This document shows positions 36,435 to 49,239 of a stretch of 64,000 bases of DNA, in pieces. A program made the translations under genes and the position numbers. Every line of letters begins with the position of its first letter. Position 1 is the stretch's first letter. Under the pieces are notes generated by a model. That model saw nothing but the letters and a program-made list of their open reading frames with translations. It ran no database searches and was not told where the DNA came from. The stretch is taken from positions 250,001 to 314,000 of the forward strand of contig MU053504.1 in the NCBI GenBank assembly GCA_013239625.1. Reading direction: 5' to 3'. Source of the stretch: Lama guanicoe. Taxonomy: Eukaryota.

Positions 36435-39400
36435 GACATAAGCATGATACTTGCAGCACGGACCATTCTGCAACCTTGAGGGAGAGGCCAAAAAAACTCA
36501 TCACGACATTAACCTTGACATTGCTAAGTTACTGAGTTTCTACCTTTAGACTTCTTCCTAAGGGAGAAAAATAAGCCTCTATTGTATTAGCCGCTGCATT
36601 AAATTCCCTGTTACTTGTGGCTGAAAGCATTCCTGACTGCTACAACCTCTCAAGTCCCCATAAAATCCCAGGAAGGCATCACGCTGGCTCTGATGGGGTC
36701 CCATTCCCACTGCTGGACCAACTGTGGTGGCCCTCAGGGATGGGATATGCCAGCCCAGTGGCCACCTTTACTTCATAGGCTGGGGGTGGGCAAGGATGGC
36801 TCCCCAGTGGGAAACTTTGTCCTTGGGCAAGTCATTCAACATCCCTGTGCCTCAGTTCCCTCATCTGTGCCATGAAGATGTCCAGGTTCCTGGGGTTATG
36901 GTGAGGATTAAATGTACAGTGACTGGTGCTCAGTGATGGCCAGGAATGACCATTATTAATTACCCTTATTTTACCATTCTATTGCTGTTGTCATTGTTGC
37001 TATTATGATTAATGCAGATTCTTTCTGAGGCCCCTTCCAGCTTTCGGCCTGGTTGTTGCCAGTACCTCCAGCCCTCCGCCAGCTTTCACAGATGCTGCCT
37101 GCAGTTGGGGTCGGGGACAGGGCTCATCCTCCTCTCTGCGAGGTGGACCCCTCCCCTACTCCAGCCTTGCCGCTGTCCTTGCCCAGCTCCATTCTGCAGG
37201 GACCCAAGATCCTTTCTACCCCGAGGAGAAGTCAGGACCAGGAATCATCCCTGAGGCCTAAATGACTACTCAGGCAGGTTTTTTGAGAGTCTGGAGGGAG
37301 CAGGAAGGAGCAGGGAGGAAGTGAAGTTGAGCCCAAAGCCCAGCTCCTTGCTCCGGGAAGCCTGGTCTAAGTCAGGGCCCCGGGGACCCGGTTCCCCACA
37401 GTCTTCATGCTTCCCTGCCCCACCCTGGCTCCCGCCCTATCTTTCTACCCTGCCCTCCCCTTCCCTGCTCCTTCTCTCCCCTGAGTCCTGCCCCAGCCCC
37501 ACTGGAGAGCAGCACTTTGGGCTGGTCTCTCGATGCCCCGCATGATTAAAATGCAAAAGGCGCCTCTGTCCAAAAAAATGAGGCTGGACCCTGATCACTC
37601 CCAGCCTTCTTGGCTGAGCAGCCACCGGCTTCTGGCTGCCCTCATCCAACACTGGAAGGAGCTTATGGACGAGGGAGCAGAGGCCAGAGTGGATCACAAG
37701 CTGGGCTTTAGACTCCTGGCCCAGTGCTCAGGCCGTGTGGAATAGGGGTGTGAGTGGGGATTTGTGAGTCGGGGGGGCGGTGTGAGTGGAGGGGTGAGGT
37801 GGGCAGCTCATCCATCACCTCCTGGGCTTCAGTTTCTCTATCTGCAAGTGGGGGATGAAAATGGAAGATTTCATGCTTAGAGCCTGCCTGGCCCCCTGCA
37901 AACACTGGTAAATTCTCCAGGAGATTTCAGCCCTCAGACTCCTGCTGTCCCCTCATCTCAGCCATCTGGCCACCTCCATCGAAACAGCCCTCACCCAGGC
38001 ACTTGGGGCCACAGCCCAGGGACGGGCTGCCAATGGTGTTCTCACAGCTCTAACCCAGCACCAGCAGCCCCCAGGGGCTCAGGATGCCTCCATCCATTTC
38101 GGTCGAGCGCCCTCTGTGGATTAGGCACAGCGCTGCATGCTGCTCTCTCTACGACAACAATTATCGATTCAGTGAAAGAAGTTCTAGGAGGCTGTGAAGC
38201 AAAGAGTTAAAATTGTGTCCTGTCCGTCTGCGTCTGCTCGTGGCCCCCTTCCTGCCCCCACGCGCTCTGTACGCATATCGCTGTCCCAGCGGCGCCCGGT
38301 CTGGACGGAGCCCCGTCAGCGCGAGCCCTGCGTCAGGCTTTGCCATCACTGCGTAGTTGCCGCAGTGTGGCTGGGCCGCCGTCAGTGGGGCCAGTGCCCC
38401 TGGTGGACCTCCGGGCTGCAGCCCAGTTCTTTCTACTTGTGATGGGGCCATAGGGTAAGCTTTCATTTGTGACTCTTTATCCACGTGGGCATCATTTCTC
38501 TAAAGCAGATTGCTGGATTCAAGGCTGACGTGCTCTTTATGTGGGGGTTACCATCAAATCCCATCTCCCCAGCAGGCGGCTCCAGACTTGCACACTCACT
38601 CCCCTAGCCCGTTCCAGTAGGTGCCTGTTGCCCCTTCTCCTCCACCCTGGCAGTCCCCAGCGTCCTGCCTCTCTTGTTTTCTTGTTCCCTTCAAGGTGAC
38701 TGGAGGTCCACATCCTCTCATGGCCATGCTGTTGATGCCAGCCGACACCAGCTGAGACCAGTGTTTGTCTGCATCTCAAGGGACACCATTACAGGCACCC
38801 ACAGGAATTGGGGGCCAGTGGGGAAGAGGTTTGGGTCCCCGTAAGTAGTGTAGGGAGCAGTTTAGAGTTGGGTTCTGAAGTCAGATGGCCCATGATTTGA
38901 ATCCTAGCTATGCCCCTTGCTGGCTGTGTTACTTTGGGTGAGTTATTCAACATCTCTGAGCCTCAGCTAGGTCATCAGAAAGGCCAAGCTCACAGGAGCA
39001 TCTAGTTCAGATGATTGTTGTGGATGAGTCAGTACATACTTGGTGCTTAAAACAGTGCTGGGCCCATTAGCTGCTGATATATTACTTGGGCACCTATAGT
39101 ACAGTATGTACGAACTGGTTTATTTCATCCTTACAACTAGGGGAACATGAAGCTCTGAGAGGTAAAGGGACTTGTAGCCCCAAACTGGATACTCACCTCT
39201 TGCTGCTCTCAGGACCCTATTTCAGGTCCCAGTGGGGAGGGTAGCTGGTGTGAGGGTGGCCCACCCCTGCTGGGAAATGGGATTTCCAGGGCTGGAGCCC
39301 AGTCCGGGGCACGAGCCTTGATGAGGAACAGATGCACAGAGTTGGGGCCCCGCCCACTCCCCGTCTGCTGCCCGGGGTGGGGGGTGGCGATAGCTTCCAG

Positions 39401-40369
39401 ATGGGCTCTGTTCTCAGCAGTACCTTAAGTGACTCGTTCTGGGTCCCTGCGGGGCAAGACTGCGGACCTCTTCCCTGGCTCTCAGCCCCTCTGGTCCTGG
39501 TAGATACCTGACAAGCTACCTTGGTTTGGGCTAGGTGACCTCAAGAAAGTTGGTCCTGCTCAGAGCCTCAGTTTCTCCCTCTGAGAAACAAGCATTCTCC
39601 ATCACTGTCCTGGTAGAGCTGTTGTGTGCCGGGAATCCTAAGGAGAAGCATTTGAGGTTTTCCCAAACTGTGGAGGGCTGTGCATCTGGGGCAAAATCTT
39701 CCAGACCAGGCACCCCTGGAGAAGGAGAGCTTTTGTGTTTGGTTTTTATTTTCTATTCATATTTAGTTTCTGAATGTATTCATATCTGGAATACAAAATT
39801 TCAAAGGTACAAAAGGAAGTGGACATAGTGAAAGATGTTTCTCTCCCACCTCGACCTCCAGACACCCAGAGACCCTCCTTCCCCAAAGCAACCGCATCAC
39901 CAATTTCTTGTGAATCTGCCAGAGATATTTTTTGCACATGTAAGGAAATACAGAGGAATTTTTTTACCCAGTGACGGCAGACTTCACACACTACTCAGTA
40001 CTGTTCTTCTGTTATTGAAAACACCCTTTAGAGGTCTTTCTACATGTCTCTAGGAAGATCACCTCATTCCTTTTGATGCCTGACCAGGGTGAGCTCCAAA
40101 ACAGCTCACAACTCTTCAGCACAGACACTGACAAATCAGAATGGATCCCAGCAGTGCACAACCACTACAGCTGTACGGTGCCAGCCCTGTGTCTGTGTAC
40201 TGTTTTCAGTGCATGGATGTGTCAATGTGGACTTAACCAGTCTTCAAGTGATGGGCACCAATGTTTTATTTTTTCAATCAAGCTTGCAATGGCAATGAAT
40301 ATCCATTTTAGACATTTGTGGAAGGATATAAGTAGGATATTTTCCTAGAAGTAAAATTGCATTCTGTAT

Positions 40370-41510
40370 CCACATGTAAACAAATTTTATTTTATCCTCT
40401 ACCTTGCAGCAGACACAACAATGAACTTGAAATGGGCCATAGATCTAAATGTGAAACCTAAGCCCATAAAACATCCAAACAAAAAGTAGGAGAAAAATCT
40501 TTGTGACCTGGGGTTAGGCAAAGATTTTCCAGACAAGACACAAAAAGTATGAATCAGAAAAGAAAAAAAATGATAAGTTTGACTTAATTGAAGTTAAAAA
40601 CTTCTTCTCTTCTAATAGCAATTTTACGAAAATGAAGACAAGTTATGGACTGGGAGAAAATATTTGTAAAAGTTACATCTGATAGAAGACTTATATCCAG
40701 AATATACATAAAGTGTTTGCATAACTCAATAATAAGAGAACAAATAATGCAATAAAAACTAGGCCAAAGATTTTAAAAGATACTCCACCAAAACATAGAT
40801 ATTGATGGCAAGTAAGCATATGAAAAGATACTGAACATTATCAGTCATCAGGGAAATGCAAATGAAAACCACAGTGAGATACCGCTACGCACCTATTAGC
40901 ATCGGCATGAAGACACTGCCGATGCCAAGTGCTGGTGAGCGCCTACAGCAGCTGGAACTTGGGAAAACAATTTGGCAATTTCTTATAAAATTAAATCTGC
41001 ACTTACCATATGACCCAGCAATCCCACTCCCAGATGTCTACCCAACAGAAATTAAAATTGTGAAAAAACATTCACAAATGTTGATAGCAGCTTTTCGAAT
41101 AATCACTAAAAACTGGAAACAATTGTCCTCCAGCAGGTGAACGGATAAATAATAGAATACTACTTGGCCCACAAAAAAGAATGAACTATTGATACAAGCA
41201 AAAATACAGATGAATCTCAAAGGCAAGATGTGGAGTGAAAGAAGCCAGACTCAAAAAGCAACGTACTGTATGATTTCATGTCCATGACCTTCTGGAAAAG
41301 GCAAACCATATGGAGAGAGAACAGCCGGTTAGTGTTGCTGGGGCTGTGGGGTGAGGGGGAGGAGATTAACTGAAAAGGGGCAGGAAAGAACTTTCTGGGG
41401 GTGATGGAACTGTTCTAGAACACGACTGTGGTGGTGGTTGCATGAATATCTGTTTGTCAAAACACAAAGGCAGGAAATTTGTTTTTTTATCAGAAATACT
41501 TTTGACAATA
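40370..41510 (+). mobile_element. L1 (L1M-type) ORF2 3' end / 3' UTR fragment, decayed
   Basis: GGGAGAAAATATTTG, GAAATGCAAATGAAAACCACAGTGAGATACC, CCATATGACCCAGCAATCCCACTCC and GAAAGAAGCCAGAC. The ORF at 40856 (MQMKTTVRY...LPYDPAIPL) resembles the L1 ORF2 C-terminus. Confidence 0.9.
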
Positions 41511-43499
41511 ATAAATTCCAACAAGGGATGAATATTGTTCTTCATTCCCAGGGGCTCCTGGCCTCCCACTGCCTCCTCTGTCTTTGTCAGTGTCAGTGAG
41601 CAGGTTGGCCATCCCCAGATCCCTCCTGGTGCCCTTCCACCTGTCCCGGCCCATCCAGCAGTGAGGACCACCCCCACCCCCACTTTGGGCGGGCTCCTCG
41701 GTCCTCGCCACTGCTCCCCTTGCCCGTTGTTGGGTTAACCTAGCCATTACGTCCCACCACAGTCCCTCAAGATCATGAAGGAACCAGCAAATATTCATTG
41801 ACTGAATGAGTGATGGATGCATTATTGCCCTTATTAGAGAGGTGGCTCAAGGGTAGGGCTCCATCTTCTACTACATGGGGACCTGAGCCTCAATTGTATC
41901 ACCTGTAAAATGGGGGAGAATGTAGCAAACAAGCATGTGAATAGATGCTTGTAAACCTTAGCAGTCATCAAAAAAAATGCAGGTTAAACAGTGAAGAGGC
42001 ACGCCCTCTCTACCAACACCCACTGGACCGGCAAAAATTAGGAAGTAGGAATGATCAAGTGTTAGCAAAAGTGTGGGAGATGGGAATTCTGTGCTCTGCT
42101 GGCGTTTGAACTGGTGCAGCACCTAGGGATAGCAAGCAGGAGTGACCCAGCCACCCTCCTCCTGTGTGTAAAGCCCAGAGAGATTCTCCCACTGGCCCAG
42201 GAGGGGACCCTAGGAGGCGATGGGCCACTCTCCTGTGATGAGGTGTCAGGAAGGGAACAGTCAAGGAGAACCCATGTCTAATGCCAGGGTGAGTGAGCCG
42301 CAGGGGAGCAGGGGCCACGTGACCAGGTGAATGGGGGGAGAAAGAGATAGGAAATCTGTAGCATGAGGCCATTTCTGTAAATAAAAAAACACACAAGCCC
42401 ACAAAACATCCCAGCTTGGTTCACAAGGATCACTGTAACCCAGGACACAGACTAGACTCCTGAGGGTGACTGCCTGGGTGGGAGGGGAAGAGGAAGGGCG
42501 GGAGTATCAAGAAGGAAGCTAAATTAAATAAAGCAAGAGTGGGGTTTGCAGAAACATAATGATTAACTCAAATTTCTTGGCACACACATTGTAAAAAAAA
42601 AAAAAGAAAAGAAAGAAAAAGAAGATAAAAATAGGCATGATGGAAGGGCGGCCATAGCATCGCCTTCCTCTGAGGAGCTAAAGTGGGCAGGGTACTCAGC
42701 GCGGTGCTAACACACCGTCAGCTTTGTAGATTGAGTCCAAGTTACCTCCAGACACCCGCCATGGATGTGGGGCCTTGCACCTCTGGCTCCCTGGGCAGTG
42801 CTGCCCTCTTGTGGCCAAGACAGTTATAGGACTCAGGCCCCTCCCAGGGTATCCGACAAAGGGTGTGGAAGGAGGGGAGGAGAATACAGTCACAAGAGGA
42901 AGGAGACTCCCGATTGGGGAAGAGGTAGATCAAGGAAGGCTTCCTGGAGGAGGGGCGTGTATGCTGAAGGATAGATAGTATTGGCCAGGGCTTTACACAC
43001 CTGATATTGTTTCATTCTCCACCACCCTGGAAATCAGTGTTACTGCTTTTGGCTTTATTTGCAGCTGCGGAAAGGGAGACTCAGGGGGCAAAGTCACACA
43101 CCCAAGGTCATGCAGCTTGTTGGGCGCAGAGCTGGGATGTGCACCCGCGTCTGCGTGACTTGCTGGTATGTTCTATCATTCCCACTTCAGAGTGGATCAG
43201 GGAACCCGGTGAGCCCAGGCACAATTTACCCCTGAATCTTGGTGTCTGAACGAAGCCTCAGCAGAATTTCACACCAAGTTTGCACAAGGAGTGGAAACGG
43301 AACCTGCAGGGACAGAGAGAAGCTTGTCTTGGGATGGCGTGCGGGGACTCACTTCAAAAGCTGGCCCCTCGCTCTTTGGCAGGTGGCTGGGGCGCCCACA
43401 CTTGGAGGTAAAAGATGGGTCCTCCCTCCCTGAGCTCAAGGACATGTCTCCAAGACACTCTCTGAAAAACGCTTTATTTTGGAATTTATGTCCAAAGCC

Positions 43500-44190
43500 A
43501 TTTGAATCTTTATCAAGGGTATTTAAAGACCTGTTTGAAAAATGTCTCCAAAGTATTTCCTTTTTAATTTTTGGATTTGGTCATGTATCCCTGATTTGGT
43601 CATGTATATATATTGTCTGAAAAGTCCAAAGGAACAAAAGAAAAAGCAAGTCTCCCATCCATGCGCTTGAACCCCATCCCCCATGCACTTGCACACCGTG
43701 GTGCTGCTGGCCGTTCCCACGTAACAGTGCATCTTGGGATTGCTCCACATCAGTTCGCCACCCGCTTCCTGAGATTTCTCAGCTCCATGGAGGTCCCTCT
43801 GAGCTATGGGAGTACAGCATATACAGGGAAGAGCCGTGTACCCTGTACGCTTGTCACTTTGCATGTGAGCCAGGCTAATGAGAGGATAAATCCCTAGAAA
43901 TGTGTTGCTAGGTTAGGGGACAGGTGCACTGTAGCTTTGATAGATGTCGTCAGCTTGCCTCCTGTAGAGGCTGGGCCGTGTCCTCCCCCGAGGAAGGTGG
44001 GGGCAGCACCAGAGGCCCAGCACCACAGCCTGGCCAAGGCCCTGTATTTTGGAATTCTGGCTCTTTGCTAATCAGATAGGTGAAAAATAGTAGCTCTGTG
44101 TGATTTTGTTGTCATTTAATGAGACTCAGGTTGACCACCTTTTTCAGTGTGTGTAAGACCTTTTTGGAATTCCTATTGTGGGTGAATGTT
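43500..44190 (-). mobile_element. Old L1 fragments, antisense
   Basis: GGATAAATCCCTAGAAATG...TTGCTAGGT and TTTGCTAATCAGATAGGTGAAAAATAG. Confidence 0.55.
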
Positions 44191-46012
44191 TTTGCTGTGA
44201 GGGAGCAACGCTGAGTCAGGTGTGCCTTCATGGGTGCATATACCCGAAGTGCCTGCCTGGTAGAGGGCAAAATTTTGAATTCCCATTCAATGACTTATTT
44301 TCTGAGCCTCAGATTCCTTGTCTGTAAAAACAGGAATAACAAATCTACTTCAGAGGGCTCTAGGGAGGATGAAGTTTTTAATGTTAAGTGTCTAGCCCAG
44401 TTCCTGGCTCAGACTTATTGTGTAAGAAATATTTGTTGAATGAATACATGAAATATATGTAATTTAAAACACTTTTATTGAGCACTTACTGTGTATACAA
44501 TCCTTGCTCATATATTAACTTATTTAAACCTCACAGTAACATCAGGAGGGATCTCTTATTTTCCCTTTTTACAGATGGGGAAACTGAGGCACAGAGGGAG
44601 GTACAGGATCTTGCCTAAGGGCGCATAGCTGGTCAAAGGTAGAAATGAGATTTGGGGCCTTGCTGTCTGCCCCTCCACCCTAGGAAAGGTGCACTGACCT
44701 CTGTTTTTGTTTATTGCTATGAAAACCTGCCCAACCTTATTTTATTATTTTATTATTGAGTTCTGAGGATCAGGAGTCCAGGCAGGGCAGAATGGGGCCG
44801 GCTTAACTCTACTGTGGCCTTGGCCAGGAAGACTCTGCAGCTGGGACTGGAAAGGCCAGGACTGGAGAACTCACTCCAGAGATGGCTTCTTTAGTGGCAG
44901 GTCTGGCTGGATAATCTATTTTGCCTCATGGGTGGCAGGTTGAATGGAAAAGCACTTCTGTGGGTGAGGCTGGGAGTCATGGAGGGCAGGACGGGAAGCC
45001 AACAGACCCAGGGCTGCATCCTCGTGTTCAGGGTCTGACAGCCTGGGAGGCTTAGAAATTCTGGGCTTGGTACCCTCATGAGCAGCTTCCTCTCCAGGCC
45101 TCTCTGCACCTGCTGTTTCCTTGAGCTGGGACCCTCCCCACCCATCTCATTAGCACCTCCTCATTCATCACTTCCCAGCCTGGCTCTTTGGCCCTGGGGG
45201 TGGAGCTCCTTGGTCCCCATAGGCTGTAGGTGGATTTGCTGTCCCTCACCCTAAATCCTGTCCACTGTGTGTGGGAGGGGTCCTCATCACACCCTTGTCT
45301 GTACTTGTCCACAAGACTGGCTCCCTTGTCACCAGCAGCCAGCACATTCCCAGGCACACAGCAGGCATATTTAGTGAATGGATGAATGAAGAGCCGAAAT
45401 CAATGAATTTTGAATGACTTTAACTTGAGCTTCAGTCTGCTCTTCTACAAGTCGGCGGCTTGCAGGGTTGCTGTGAAGGTGGCAGGAGAGAAAGGATGTG
45501 AAAATGGACCCAGATAGGAGGCAGTCAGAAAAATGGGGGTCATTACCATCTCTACTGAGGAGCAAAGAAAATGAGATATTGCCCCTAAAGCACTTAGCAG
45601 TGTGTGGCACATAGTAGGTGCTCAGTACTGGTAAGACAGTCCTATTGTTAGTTATCATTATCATAATTACTATTATCTTGTTATAATAAGAATGCAAATT
45701 TCCTGCATCAGAAGGGCCACACACGATGGTTTTCATCTAAGTGGAACTGGAGACACGTAGCACGCTCCAGGAGTTGGGGGTGAGGGCCCCGCACATTTTC
45801 GCAGGAGGACCAGAACTGCCACCGTTACGGAGACGGGTTGTGGGATGTTGGCCTGGGGTCCTCCTTTGAGTCGATTTCCCCTCTGAGCAAAAAAGAGCCT
45901 GGGCCCTAGACTTCTGAGGTATGACCTTCTTTGTGCTGCTGTGAATGTCTCTCAGCCAAAGCCACCGTCTCAAGTGTTGTTCCTCAGATACAAGCCTGTT
46001 CCTGGTTGGGTA

Positions 46013-46026
46013 GCGCCCTCTAGTGA
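46013..46026 (-). promoter_or_regulatory. CTCF-binding motif (candidate insulator between RSPO4 and ANGPT4)
   Basis: Minus-strand TCACTAGAGGGCGC matches the CTCF core CCASYAGRKGGCRS at 13/14 positions and retains its CpG. Confidence 0.6.
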
Positions 46027-47470
46027 CAGAATGTGGGTATGACAGGCATTGTCGTACAAGGTCAGGCAGGAGCAGAGTGAGCCAGGCCCACTGAGAGTTC
46101 TCCTGGGGAGAGGGCCTTAGGGGGCCTAGCTGGAGTAGGGTGCTGGAGGGGTCAGGCAGGAGCTCCTAAACTTGGGCTAAGCGGTTATTCTCTCCCACTG
46201 GAACAGCATCCCAGTGGAACCTCCCCCTGTGCTCTGCTTTTGCGGGGTGACCCTGGCCAGTTTCTGAGCTTCTCTCTGAGCTTAATCTGTAAGATCTGGT
46301 TACCTGGGAGTGTCTTCTTCCCATTAAGGGGCCTAAATCCCCAGGGGAATGTGGGAGAGGCTGGGTTGGTAGAGATTAGGAGCTGAGAACAGAGAAATGT
46401 CGGAGATCCAAAGGTTATAGGCAGGGCTTAGGCCCTGAAGAAATTTCCTAATTTGAAAAAATTTTAAAAACAAAACAAAACAAAACCTTGTCCACAGCCC
46501 CCAGTTAGGAACAGAGGACCAGACCCCTTAGGGAAAGAACACGACCAGGGGATTGCAAGACTAGAACTTTCCACTCCTATCTTGGTCTCTTAGAATCATG
46601 GAATTTGGAACATTCAGCATCCTAGAATTTGAATCCTATCAGAAAACCCTGTATAGAATACAAACTCTGTAGATTCAGATTGTTGAGCCTTGAGGTCAGA
46701 ATCAGATCTGCAGCCCCCAGAAATTTAGACCCCAGTGCTCTGGGACTGGTCATTGGAGAGCCACCTTCTCCTTGCATCTCATCTTGGAATGAATGTTTGC
46801 TCTCATTGTCTACTCCTAAATTTGTTAACAATTAGTAAGTCTGGGTGGGGCCCTGAAATCTGAATTTTTAAGAAGCACCCAGAGGATGCTGTTGGGCCAT
46901 CCAGGTTTTGGGCAATGGATTTAATTCAGTCAGGCCACCTCTTCATCCATCAAATGGGGGAATGGAGGTCCAGAAAGAGGAAATGGTTTGGCCTTGACCC
47001 CACAGACTGCTGAGGATGGGCTGGGACTTGAACCTGTGCCTCCCAGTGCTGAGACCCCTCTCACCAGCAGCCCAGGGTGTTTAGATGGCTCCGTGGGATT
47101 GTCACACCTCCTAGATGTCCCTGGCCACTCAGACATGTCATACAGAGCACAGGAGGGTTCCTGGGGTTCACTTCTGGGATCTCAAGAGGCACAGGGGTGG
47201 GGGGATCACAACGTTGCTCTCTTCTGCCTCCAGGCAAGCTTCCTTCTTTCAAGGGGCCTGGAGAGTCTGAGGTCCCAAGTCTCACCCTCACCTCTTCCCT
47301 GCCCTCACTGCCCAGCCCCTGCCACACGCTAGTCCTCTGGGCCCCAGGCATTCCAGCAAAAACCACTCCATGTGGTTTAGATTCGGCTACTTCAAACTCA
47401 TCAGCCTCGTGGTTTTGCAACACCCGCCTGATGCCCAAGAAGCATTTGTGAGTTTCTTTTTTCTTTTCTC

Positions 47471-47476
47471 TTTATT
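47471..47476 (-). terminator. Putative RSPO4 polyadenylation signal (3' UTR ~1.7 kb)
   Basis: This is the first AATAAA I found on the minus strand downstream of the stop. It is preceded by a U-run (TTTTTTAATAAA). The cleavage site is not directly visible. Confidence 0.6.
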
Positions 47477-48869
47477 AAAAAAGGGGGGGGGGCTTGAAAC
47501 AATAGAGCATGTCAGAGGCACAAACTTGCAGAAGGGAAGCTGATAGCCTGGCCTGGCCTGGCGAGAGGCGCTAGCTGTCCTCTGGGAGGTGAGGGCGGGT
47601 GAGAGTGAGGTGGGCCTTGGAGGGTAGGCCCCCCGAGATCCTCTTGGGAAGCAGTGCTGGGGGATCCTCATGTTCCAGGCAGAGGGAGGCCAGAGAGTGG
47701 GTGCTGTCTTGGGTGAGGACATGCTATTTCATCAACTTTAGCCTGTCCTCCAGCCTGGTGACACCCTCTTCCGCGGGCCACCCTGGACCCCTGGGGTCTC
47801 AGACTCTTCCTGCTCCTGGCTGTGGCTGCAGGGGATGCTAATGCAAATCAGGAACATTGCTTCCTGGGGAGTCAGGAGAGCAAAGGAAGCAGGGGTACCT
47901 TGATGATGGAGTGACAGGCAGGGAGAGACTCCCCAGCTCTTCCTGCTGGGGGGGAGGGCGGGTGTCCTGGTGAATCCACGTGCTCAGGGGTCAGTGCTGG
48001 TGTGGGTAAGTGGGGGGACTCCTCCCCTGCTCCTGACCCGACCCCTTCCTTTCTCACCTCCCCAAAGGCCCCCAAAATCTCCTCTTAGATATGGGTGTGC
48101 TGAGCAGTGCCACCCAAAGGCAGAAAGCACAGCACTCGGGTTCCTGCTGTGACCTTAGGCAAGTCCCTTCTCAGGCCTGTTTTCCCAGAGGGGCCTGGCT
48201 GGCGGAATGGAGTGGCTTAGATCATCTCAAAACTCTTCCAGCTTCCATGGCCTCTTCTAGGATGAGCTCCCAATTCCCCCAGGGATGACAGCCCTACCTG
48301 GTACAGTGCTTGGGTCCCCACAGGACATGGGTGTACCATGGGCTCAGGAAGCAGGGGTCAGGAGCTGTGAGAGGGTGGGTGCTGAGGGGGCAGCAGGCAG
48401 CTTCCGGGAGGGTGGACTCTGCGCCACAGGCAGGCATGGGGCTGGCTGTCCAGCCAGAGGCCCCATGACGGCTCCTCTACACCAGCTGGGGAAAAGTCTC
48501 TGGGCATCAGGAGGCCCTTAGAGCCTCTTTCAGGGGGTTCCTAGGGGACCTGGTGGCTGAGGGCTGTGGACATGTCTCCAGGGGTTGGCCAGATGAGTAG
48601 GCACCCACAGCTCCGGGTCTGGGGTCCCCCCAGGAGGAGAAGCCGGGCTCTTAGGACAAGCCTGCCTGGGCTGTGGCCTGGGCCCTGCTCTTAGAAACAC
48701 CTCTGCCAAGATGGGATCAGGGTGGGGTCAGAAAAAGGCCTAGAAAAAAAAGATGTTTGCTTTCTTTAAGGAGGAGACAGAGAGAGCCACGGGGAGGGCG
48801 GTGGGGGTGAGCGTGCACAGGAGTTAGTGCCTATCTTAGTGTGTGTGGAGGGGTGGGGGGGATGCAATG

Positions 48870-49098
48870 AAGAACAGAAGGAAAACAGGAGGAAAGAAAA
48901 AGACAGGTAAAAGGAAGGTGAGAAAGAAGAGAAAGGAGAGGGAGGAGGCGGAAAGAGGTGGAAGAAATACAGGCAACAAAGGAGAAAAAAAGAAAAGAAA
49001 GGTAGATTGAAAGAAAAAAGAGAGGAGGGGTGGGGAAGACAGAAAGAGAAAAGAGGAGCAGGAGCAGCAAGAAAGTGAAGGGATGAGAAAGAAAACAA
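48870..49098. repeat. Low-complexity purine tract (pyrimidine-rich in the RSPO4 3' UTR)
   Basis: ~230 nt almost entirely A/G on the plus strand, immediately downstream of the RSPO4 stop. Confidence 0.8.
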
Positions 49099-49135
49099 GG
49101 CGGCTGGCGCCCAGGGCTGGCTGCGGGCTGGGCTC

Positions 49136-49239
49136 CTAGGCGGGCGGCCGGCGGGGCCTGCGCTCCCCCTGGCTGTCCTGCTTCCGCTCCTTGCGCGGGC
49201 GCCGCTCTCTCCGGCCCTTCTTCTGGTTGGGGTTTCTCT
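49136..49239 (-). CDS. RSPO4: R-spondin 4 exon 5 coding part (basic C-terminal tail) to TAG stop
   Basis: Acceptor ctctcgttgcag|AG. Translates (E)RNPNQKKGRRERRPRKERKQDSQGERRPRRPPA*, matching the basic tail of RSPO4. Confidence 0.92.

Noticed and set aside
37533..37745. 70-aa ORF with superficially protein-like composition
   Set aside because: No recognisable homology, splice structure, or polyA/TSD evidence of a retrocopy. It cannot be supported without a search.
40856..41140. ORF resembling the L1 ORF2 C-terminus
   Set aside because: It is a decayed fragment of an old L1, not a functional gene.
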